The notes beneath the pieces were generated by a model. The model worked only from the letters and a program-made list of their open reading frames with translations. It did no database searches and was not told the origin of the DNA. Made by a program: the position numbers and the translations under genes. 46,957 nucleotides of DNA from a virus: positions 1 through 46,957 of the IMG/VR virus record IMGVR_UViG_3300010376_000015. One strand, given 5' to 3'. Positions 40,915 to 46,957 of the stretch are shown one piece after another. The stretch's first letter is position 1. Each line of letters begins with the position of its first letter.

Positions 40915-41222
40915 GGTCCTGTCCAGGCCACAGTTAGCTTGTCGAGGGCTTTGGTGCCGTTCATCCAGATCTTGCCGCCACCAGAAATGTCGATGGAGAG
41001 CATGTCCCCTGCGGCAAGTTCAAAGCCAGTCGCTGCTTCAGCTTCTGCCGCAGAACCCCCCAGATACAACACGCCACCGTTGCTCTTCATCGCCCGGAGC
41101 ACCATGGAATTGATCTGGGGGTTCTCCTGGCCGGGAATGTTGCTTGGTTTCTGCACCTGCTGGGACGTACCAGCGGTTGTAAGTGTTACCTGGAACGTCC
41201 CAAATCCTAGGTTTTGTCCCAT
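40911..41222 (-). CDS. Hypothetical beta-rich protein (103 aa)
   Basis: TAATG and ATGA overlaps with its neighbours. Confidence 0.55.
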   Translation of the reverse strand: MGQNLGFGTFQVTLTTAGTSQQVQKPSNIPGQENPQINSMVLRAMKSNGGVLYLGGSAAEAEAATGFELAAGDMLSIDISGGGKIWMNGTKALDKLTVAWTGP

Positions 41223-41575
41223 TACTTCACCGCCTTAGCTTCTTTGACAGCTTTTTTGCCGTCGTTGATCCGCTCGAGGAGTCCTCGCGCCTTCGCCAGT
41301 CCTTTTTCAAGTTTCCTCACCTTGGTTTCGAGTTGCTCGTTCTTGGTAACCAGTTTGTCGTATCCATCTACGGTCACGCGCCCGTACAGATCAGCGATGA
41401 GTTGGCCACACGAGTGACAGACGTAGACGGAGGAGCCCCAGTCGACGTCCACGCCAGGAGCGAACACATGCTCCAGTTGCCTGCCTGTCTGTTCGTCTAC
41501 GGGATTGTTGCCACAGAGAACGCAGTGGTGAGGGGTCAGTGGCATCCCCTCGACGAGTTCCAGGGGTGCGATCAT
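41222..41575 (-). CDS. Zinc-ribbon plus coiled-coil protein (117 aa)
   Basis: 'CVLCG...CHSCG' pairs followed by a Lys/Glu-rich helix. ATGA overlap with terL. Confidence 0.55.
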   Translation of the reverse strand: MIAPLELVEGMPLTPHHCVLCGNNPVDEQTGRQLEHVFAPGVDVDWGSSVYVCHSCGQLIADLYGRVTVDGYDKLVTKNEQLETKVRKLEKGLAKARGLLERINDGKKAVKEAKAVK

Positions 41576-43011
41576 GCCTCGCTCCCCAATACGGAATGTG
41601 TCCTGCCATCACCCATTCGATCCATCCTTTCCCGATGCCGTTCCCAATAGATTTCCGCCGGGGTTTTCATTTTCTCTGGCTCAGGGATGGTGGTTGGGTT
41701 CGGCCTCGTCATCAGTATATACCCCAGGCAATCTACGTCGTGATCGTCCTTAGCAAGTGGCTCCTCCTTCGCATCTGCCTCTTGCGTGGGCGGCTTTTTC
41801 TTCCACTGATACTGCTGGATGTGCTCGATCAGCTCGACGCAGTTCTTGAAGATGTAGAGGCGCGGCCAACCCTCCTTACGAAACTCACCCGTAACCGGAT
41901 GAGGATGCTCAGGGTCAAGCATGAACCACTCCGCGATGCGGTTGATACGGGCTGCCACGTGTCGATCAGAAGGTATTGTGGGTATGCCATGGTCCCAGTA
42001 CTCATCGATAACGCTCCTCCCCGTGTTTGGGTCTTTCTGAGCAGCCGAAGCATCTATGACCGTGTACGTTGGAAGTTTGAAGTGCACACGGTTCTGGAGT
42101 ATCTTCTTGGCGTGGTAAGCCACAAGTTGCCCTGCCTCATAGTGCTCGTCCACGATGAAGCAGTTGCCTTTGTCGTCGAGAGCGGCCCAGAGCACAGCAG
42201 TGGGATTACGTCGCCCATGGTCAATTCCCTCGATAACTTCCCACTCCATGGGAATCTCGAAGGGCTTGATGGTGTGGACGTCAACGTCAAACTCGGGCCA
42301 TATCTGTCCGGAGAATACATCGAAGCTCCCTTCCATGAATCTCTCGACCCATGCTTTGGGCATTTTTTCAAGGCTCTCGATGTAGTCTTTGGGCAGCATG
42401 GGATTGTCCTTGGTCTTGGCGTGGACCATCCCCATTTCCGGAAAGTCTACGGGACGCTGCACACAGTACATCCAGATCCAGTTGTGTCCTTCTGGGTTCG
42501 CCAAGATAAGGCCACACCTAGGGGCATTCCGCTGGCGCAGGCGCCCGCGAAGCATGATGAACATCTCCTCGGGGACCTCCTCGGCCTGGTCGACGAGGAA
42601 CCACCCCAGATTCATGTTGCTTAGCTTCTGTGGCTCATCAAGGGGCCAGAAATGTATGACGGATCCATTGATGAGTTCGAGTTTGCCTTCCGTCTTGTTG
42701 AATGTCCGTATCAGCTCTTTAGGACATCCTTCATAGTCCCCCACACGGTCCCCTCCCCCACCGTTGAAGAAGTGGTGTTGTGTGGTCGCCTTGAGCTCTG
42801 GCCGCGTCTTGCGGCAGATCAAGCCAGTAGACCCTGGATGTTCTATCGCGAGCATAAGTGCCTCGACCACACCTGCTGAAGTCTTGCCGTTGCCCCACCC
42901 CCCGACGAAGAAGCGGAACTTCTTTCTCATACCGTGGAATTCTTCTTGCTTGGGAAGAGGACGGTACGAGATATTGATATCTATGGGCTCGCCGGTTTGC
43001 TTTACCTTCAT
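41572..43011 (-). CDS. terL: Terminase large subunit
   Basis: 479 aa. Walker A 'GGWGNGKTS', 'GWFLVDQAEE' (Walker B), and a C-terminal nuclease-type region containing 'VIDAS...D'. Confidence 0.8.
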   Translation of the reverse strand: MKVKQTGEPIDINISYRPLPKQEEFHGMRKKFRFFVGGWGNGKTSAGVVEALMLAIEHPGSTGLICRKTRPELKATTQHHFFNGGGGDRVGDYEGCPKELIRTFNKTEGKLELINGSVIHFWPLDEPQKLSNMNLGWFLVDQAEEVPEEMFIMLRGRLRQRNAPRCGLILANPEGHNWIWMYCVQRPVDFPEMGMVHAKTKDNPMLPKDYIESLEKMPKAWVERFMEGSFDVFSGQIWPEFDVDVHTIKPFEIPMEWEVIEGIDHGRRNPTAVLWAALDDKGNCFIVDEHYEAGQLVAYHAKKILQNRVHFKLPTYTVIDASAAQKDPNTGRSVIDEYWDHGIPTIPSDRHVAARINRIAEWFMLDPEHPHPVTGEFRKEGWPRLYIFKNCVELIEHIQQYQWKKKPPTQEADAKEEPLAKDDHDVDCLGYILMTRPNPTTIPEPEKMKTPAEIYWERHRERMDRMGDGRTHSVLGSEA

Positions 43012-43433
43012 AGCACGTAACTCGACCCTTCAAACCATATTTCGTTTCCTGGCGCTCCCCCCGGTCCCAGCCATATCCACTGTCCATTTGTCTGTGCGGA
43101 AAATGGCTGAGCCACGTGTGTGGAGGCGTTCATCATGACACAGAGCCGCGATGATCCAGAAGGTCTATAAGCAGTCGGGACGGTCACCATACCGTTGCCT
43201 TCGGCGAATGCTTCTTTACATCTGAAACTGCCCCTGATTCTTACAACCCCTCCTAGTTCTAATCGTATCTGGAGAGTTATTGCTTCCGCACCCGTGGACA
43301 CGGCAGGCGTGATCCATCCACCTATTCCAAGGTACTCTTCAAGAGCCTCAAAGTTGGCACGGATTTCGTCGCTGTGGATGTGCGGCGTGTATGGACCATG
43401 GAAACCGGGAAGATTACCAGGAGGCGTAGACAT
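43008..43433 (-). CDS. Stand-alone receptor-binding-tip-like protein (141 aa)
   Basis: 'HIHSDEI' is a H-x-H segment. Its C-terminal ~100 aa are collinear with the C-terminal tip of fibre 39631..40914 ('RGSFRCK...TVPTAYRPS...NGQ...FEGSSYVL*' against 'RGALKCK...TLPVGFRPS...NGE...FDGLSFSL*'). Confidence 0.45.
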   Translation of the reverse strand: MSTPPGNLPGFHGPYTPHIHSDEIRANFEALEEYLGIGGWITPAVSTGAEAITLQIRLELGGVVRIRGSFRCKEAFAEGNGMVTVPTAYRPSGSSRLCVMMNASTHVAQPFSAQTNGQWIWLGPGGAPGNEIWFEGSSYVL

Positions 43434-45590
43434 CTAGTGCTGCTTTCCTCCACGTATCGCAAGCTCAGCACCGTTGATGAGGAAGGGATTCCCCGCTGCG
43501 TTCGTACGGAACCGTACGGCGTGGTAACGCCCGTATGTCTCTGGCCGAATTCTAGCGAAGCGATATGCAAGCCCAGTCGCAGGAGGTTCGTCGAATTCCC
43601 CTTTTTCCCCCGCTTTCGGAAGTGCTTCAGAGAACCGTGGTTCCGCTTCAAAGTCCGTAAAGACGTCCACAATGCAATCCCCACTCAACTCAACGTCCAT
43701 GCGTCGGACCCTCTCACGTGGCTCTTGTTCTTGGATCGCTATCCACGAGGTTTGATAGTGGGCTTCAATTGCGGACCCGTCGTCGGTTTCGCCACTGAAG
43801 ACGCGATGGAACACGGTTTCTTCTGGGATTTCACCGGCCATGAAGATCTTGTATGTGGCGTATGCTTCTTTGTTTTTGCTGACGAATCCCGTGTATCCTT
43901 TGGTATACGTGGAATCTTTGGCTGAGAGTATCTTGGTCCACCCGGAGGTTTTTTTCTGCCACGCGGATATGGTTCCATTGATGACGGTCATACCTGCGCC
44001 GCCATCGGTTTCCAGCGCATACGGACCAAGCCCAGCAGTCATTTCTGTTTCCGCCAGGAGCGTCTTAGCGCCTTTGACATACCTCCAGATCTGGACGTCT
44101 GTCCCCGGGCCCCACACAACTTCGTAGCCAGATTCTTCGGTTGCGTTCCAGCACGCGCGTAAACCGGTTGTTTGTCCCCCCGCGGGCCAGAAGTGCACGG
44201 TCATAGCCACAGCAGTTCTGGTGAATTCTGAGACGTTGTAGCGAGCCCCTTCGTAGGTGTTCCATTTCCTCTCGGTCCACCCTTCTAGTCGTTTTTCCCC
44301 TTTGCCTGAGAGTGTGGGGAATTCGCTGAACTGCGCCATGACCCAGGGATTCTGTGGCCCCCCCACGCTCCAGTCCACTATCTGGGGCGGGACGTAGAAC
44401 ACCGCCCATTCATTAGCAGACGTTGTGGTAGCCACAATCAACTCTTCGACCCCCGAGGGATTCCACGCGGCGATGGAGTCGCAGGGCAGGGAATGGAGCA
44501 TGAACGCGGGAAGCAGCAAGTATCGGCGTCCACCGATGCGTCGGAAGTTTATGTGAGGAACCATCTCGATCAAGGTATTGTTGACCAGAGATGTCCCAGT
44601 GCACATGGTGAGCAGCAATCGCGGATAGGTGTCCTTGGTAACAATCAATCTGGCTTTGCTGAGCGCGTTGGCGCTCTTGTTCAGGTTCTGTGGGAACCAG
44701 TTGTTGATGGAACCGGATTCCATCGCAATGGTCACACCTGCTGTACCGAAGACACCCTGTGGATTGAAGAAGTAAAGCTTGTCCTCCATTTCTATCGTCT
44801 GGAATCGATCCCACACACCAGGGGCGCCGATGCGGCGATTGAGCAAGGTCACGGGCGAGGAAATGAAGTGGACGGAGCGACGCTTGAGCACAAATAGACG
44901 AGATCCTAGGACGGCCAGATCCTGGATCTTGTCCACGTCTTCTTCAGAACTACGAATGTCGAGCATGCCCCATTGTTTGATTGTGGCTTCTGGGTCCCCA
45001 AATTCCGAGAAGTAGACCCGTGTGTTTTTGCCTTTCACGTAGGTCGCCCACATGCGGTTTTCCCACACACAGAGCACACCAGGAGATGCATTTTCAGCCA
45101 GGAAGTTTTCTTCTTTGATGGACCCGTCCGGTTGGACTATGCCTTTTTTGGTTAGAGTCCACGCTGTAGTGAACGCTGCTTCCCCGTCCCACTTGCGAGC
45201 TTCGTTGACCCCATTGGACATGTAGATGAATTCTTCATTGGCCGCGTTTAGAAAGACTTCGAAGTCCCATACTTGCCCAGCGGTCCCCCCGGAACGTTCC
45301 ACGAGGTTGTTGGCTTCGTCGAGGGAGAATACGCGCCCGTCGGACACAGACAGCATCAGGTAGCGTTTCCCTCGGACGATGCACTGCTTGGAGTAGTTGA
45401 CCGTCAGATTCAGCAGGGAGGCGCTAGTATTGATTTTGACCTTCCCTGCGCGCGTGCGTAATTGTCCCACGAGAGACGAGATGGTCACATTGAGCAGATC
45501 CGGACTCTCGTTCGGCTGCAGATCGAACGGCCCGTCGCGGGTGTTCAGTCCCCCGCGGAAGTTATTGATGGCCACACGCTGTAGTGCCAT
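43434..45590 (-). CDS. Tail tubular protein B / nozzle-like protein
   Basis: 718 aa. The N-terminus 'MALQRVAINNFRGGLNTRDGPFDLQPNES' resembles the T7 gp12 N-terminus as I recall it ('MALISQSIKNLKGGISQQPDILR'). No SD; preceded by TGGTAACAT-N6-ATG. Confidence 0.45.
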   Translation of the reverse strand: MALQRVAINNFRGGLNTRDGPFDLQPNESPDLLNVTISSLVGQLRTRAGKVKINTSASLLNLTVNYSKQCIVRGKRYLMLSVSDGRVFSLDEANNLVERSGGTAGQVWDFEVFLNAANEEFIYMSNGVNEARKWDGEAAFTTAWTLTKKGIVQPDGSIKEENFLAENASPGVLCVWENRMWATYVKGKNTRVYFSEFGDPEATIKQWGMLDIRSSEEDVDKIQDLAVLGSRLFVLKRRSVHFISSPVTLLNRRIGAPGVWDRFQTIEMEDKLYFFNPQGVFGTAGVTIAMESGSINNWFPQNLNKSANALSKARLIVTKDTYPRLLLTMCTGTSLVNNTLIEMVPHINFRRIGGRRYLLLPAFMLHSLPCDSIAAWNPSGVEELIVATTTSANEWAVFYVPPQIVDWSVGGPQNPWVMAQFSEFPTLSGKGEKRLEGWTERKWNTYEGARYNVSEFTRTAVAMTVHFWPAGGQTTGLRACWNATEESGYEVVWGPGTDVQIWRYVKGAKTLLAETEMTAGLGPYALETDGGAGMTVINGTISAWQKKTSGWTKILSAKDSTYTKGYTGFVSKNKEAYATYKIFMAGEIPEETVFHRVFSGETDDGSAIEAHYQTSWIAIQEQEPRERVRRMDVELSGDCIVDVFTDFEAEPRFSEALPKAGEKGEFDEPPATGLAYRFARIRPETYGRYHAVRFRTNAAGNPFLINGAELAIRGGKQH

Positions 45591-45596
45591 ACGTGG

Positions 45597-45605
45597 ATGT
45601 TACCA
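45597..45605 (-). promoter_or_regulatory. Extended -10 like element TGGTAACAT, 6 nt before the ATG of 43434..45590 (leaderless-type promoter candidate)
   Basis: Identical 9-mer at identical spacing to the one at 697-705. It follows two strong hairpins. Confidence 0.4.
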
Positions 45606-45608
45606 TTT

Positions 45609-45697
45609 GGGGACGGGCTCCACTCTCGGACCGTTAGCAGAACCCGTCCCCCCTGGTGAGGGGAAGAAACAGCTGATGTGCCGTGACTGTTCTTCCC
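45609..45697 (-). terminator. Two tandem GC-rich hairpins in the 112-bp gap upstream of the nozzle gene
   Basis: GGGGACGGG (45609-45617) pairs with CCCGTCCCC (45643-45651). GGGAAGAAACAG (45661-45672) pairs with CTGTTCTTCCC (45687-45697), leaving one bulged base. No U-tracts, so these may be I-shaped terminators or RNA processing sites. Confidence 0.4.
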
Positions 45698-45702
45698 GTC
45701 GA

Positions 45703-46176
45703 TTATACCGAACTGCGGGGTTCTGTCTCCGTGACGTTGGATGCGTCGGTCACAGCTTCCCCCTGCGGGTTCGTCGGCGCCTGGCCCGCGGCCTGATCCG
45801 CTTCACTGGCGGCCTGTTCTGCTGCTGGGCTTCCCCCAGGCGCAGGATTCGCAGCAGCAGCAGGCGGATTGGCTTTGAGGGTGTCGACCTGGTCGGCCAC
45901 AGTGCCCAGAGTGGTGATGGCGTCTCTGAGGGGTGCCAGGTCGAGTTCGTTCGCGGGCGTAGTTGGAGCGTTTGCGATCTGCTCCTCCAGGGTTGAGAAC
46001 TCTTCTTCGATGCTTGTCCGGCCTGCTTCCAGGCCCGTCTGGATAGCACCGACAGCGTTGGTCAGGTCCTGGATTTCCTGCTGTGTGGCCACAGTTGTCG
46101 CCTCGATTCTTTGTAGTGATGCCAGTACTGGGTGTTTCTGGAGTATGGAATTCAAGAGTCCCATCGCTGGATCCAT
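45703..46176 (-). CDS. Coiled-coil protein with Ala/Pro-rich C-terminus (tail/fibre-associated candidate)
   Basis: The ORF is open from GTG 46335, but that stretch lies inside the motif array. Start placed at ATG 46176. ATG 46164 is 10 nt after a TGATAAAAT element (46183-46175) and is an equally good choice. Confidence 0.5.
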   Translation of the reverse strand: MDPAMGLLNSILQKHPVLASLQRIEATTVATQQEIQDLTNAVGAIQTGLEAGRTSIEEEFSTLEEQIANAPTTPANELDLAPLRDAITTLGTVADQVDTLKANPPAAAANPAPGGSPAAEQAASEADQAAGQAPTNPQGEAVTDASNVTETEPRSSV

Positions 46177-46287
46177 TTTATCACGAAGGTAGGGATCTAC
46201 GTGGAGTATGGAAATGGGCAAAACTCGCTGGTTTTCCACGTGGACTTCACTTTTTGCGCGTTGCGATCCGAACGCCCGCGTACCACC

Positions 46288-46521
46288 GTGACGTGTGTTC
46301 GTCACATTGCGGACCAAACTTGTTTGCAACGTCACCTGCTAGCGCGACGTGATGTGACGCAACGTCACGTTGCACAGTACGTGCTTGACACGACGTGACG
46401 TAGCTGATAGCGTCAGCGTCACAACGTGATATGTGAGCAAAGCGATAGCCCCGCGTCACGCGGCCACGCGCGCTAGCTACACCGTCACGCACATACCGGG
46501 ATGATGCTACGTGACGTGACG
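46288..46521. repeat. Dense array of 11 CGTCAC/GTGACG motifs with embedded inverted and composite repeats
   Basis: Motifs at 46288(-), 46300(+), 46330(+), 46354(-), 46363(+), 46395(-), 46417(+), 46454(+), 46483(+), 46511(-) and 46516(-). The array lies in the divergent intergenic region beside the terminal repeat, which itself holds three more copies; another is at 139-144. Confidence 0.9.
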
Positions 46522-46552
46522 CGCGCCAACTTTCACGCGAAAGGGAGAAGCA

Positions 46553-46858
46553 ATGGCAACGTCAACGAAAACGCGAAGCAACGCGAAAACGAAAACGACA
46601 CGGTCCCGCAAGTCGAAAGGTTCGGACCTTGTGACGCTGTCAAGCGTCTACGCTGTCAAGGCGTCACGCCTGAACATCGACACCACGCGCGCGGCGAAGC
46701 TCGTACGCGGTCGGATGCGGAGCAACTTCGCGAAGGTGTGCGAGTTGTCCCCCAACGTCAAGGACCACAAGCAGGCGGCCAACGACCGCAAACCGTGGCC
46801 CAAGCAGGTGACGCGCGATCTCGCCGCGTTCGTACTCGGCGAAGGTCAGCACGCCTAG
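46553..46858 (+). CDS. Small basic protein (101 aa), DNA-binding candidate
   Basis: ATG 5 nt after AAGGGAG. Lys/Arg/Thr-rich N-terminus. The last 24 nt, including the stop, lie inside the terminal repeat. Confidence 0.6.
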   Translation: MATSTKTRSNAKTKTTRSRKSKGSDLVTLSSVYAVKASRLNIDTTRAAKLVRGRMRSNFAKVCELSPNVKDHKQAANDRKPWPKQVTRDLAAFVLGEGQHA

Positions 46859-46957
46859 CAGCAACGTCACACCGTAGTACCTGAGTACCTGTCAACGCGC
46901 GCGTCGCGTCACGCAGCATCATCGGTCGGGCCGCGTCACATCACAAGCGCCACGCGA
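46835..46957. repeat. Right copy of the exact 123-bp direct terminal repeat
   Basis: Identical to bases 1-123. Confidence 0.9.

Noticed and set aside
41539-42624. 361-aa plus-strand ORF
   Set aside because: It is antisense to terL, whose Walker motifs are unambiguous. It has no SD and an implausible composition.
1-46957. Search by eye for tRNA T-loops (GGTTCGAATCC-like), CRISPR repeats, integrase/recombinase, reverse transcriptase/DGR and a phage RNA polymerase
   Set aside because: I found none. The tandem repeats present are only 7-18 bp with 2-4 copies. A by-eye scan can miss divergent tRNAs, so running tRNAscan-SE or ARAGORN would be decisive.

Overview
The window is one complete dsDNA phage genome. 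Bases 1-123 are repeated exactly at 46835-46957, so the unique length is 46834 bp. I saw no integrase, transposase, phage RNA polymerase, tRNA/rRNA or CRISPR array. All family names below come from motifs I recognise by eye; no searches were run.

Layout:
(i) 265-1739, minus strand: an operon of small genes plus an HTH/TerS-like gene beside the terminus.
(ii) 1943-6042, plus strand: small early genes (DUF4314-like, Cys-rich, a 336-aa hyper-charged protein, DUF2786-like).
(iii) 6043-6784: a 740-bp block with no convincing gene, rich in repeats and palindromes. It is followed by minus-strand primase-polymerase and RepA/DnaB-like helicase genes (6785-8682).
(iv) 8831-22624, plus strand: replication, nucleotide metabolism and recombination. 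Contents are an SNF2 helicase, an RlpA-like DPBB protein, a dNMP kinase, MazG, two thymidylate-synthase-fold proteins, a dCMP deaminase, a family-4 UDG fused to PolA, a Cas4-like nuclease, a Sak4-like ATPase, a DUF669 SSB-like protein, a GH25-like hydrolase, VRR-NUC and an actinobacterial-type IHF.
(v) 22596-46335, minus strand: the virion block. Contents are a peptidoglycan hydrolase, a 1265-aa and other ejection-type proteins, an adaptor-like protein, major capsid, scaffold, portal, a collagen-like fibre, a YadA-like-repeat fibre, terL and a T7 gp12-like nozzle.
(vi) 46288-46521: a dense CGTCAC motif array at the terminus, then a small basic gene at 46553-46858.

Genes are tightly packed, with GGAGG-type SDs and ATGA/TAATG/GTGA stop-start overlaps. 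Several operon-first genes lack an SD and sit just downstream of TGnTAnnnT elements. Together with the sIHF-like gene, this points (inference) to an actinobacterial or similar Gram-positive host.

The most interesting signals are:
- a T4-like deoxypyrimidine-replacement cassette with two divergent TS-fold enzymes, next to a UDG-PolA fusion;
- the structured terminus motif array;
- the repeat-rich candidate origin;
- two single-base frame breaks;
- a shared N-terminal motif on three small proteins upstream of the portal gene.
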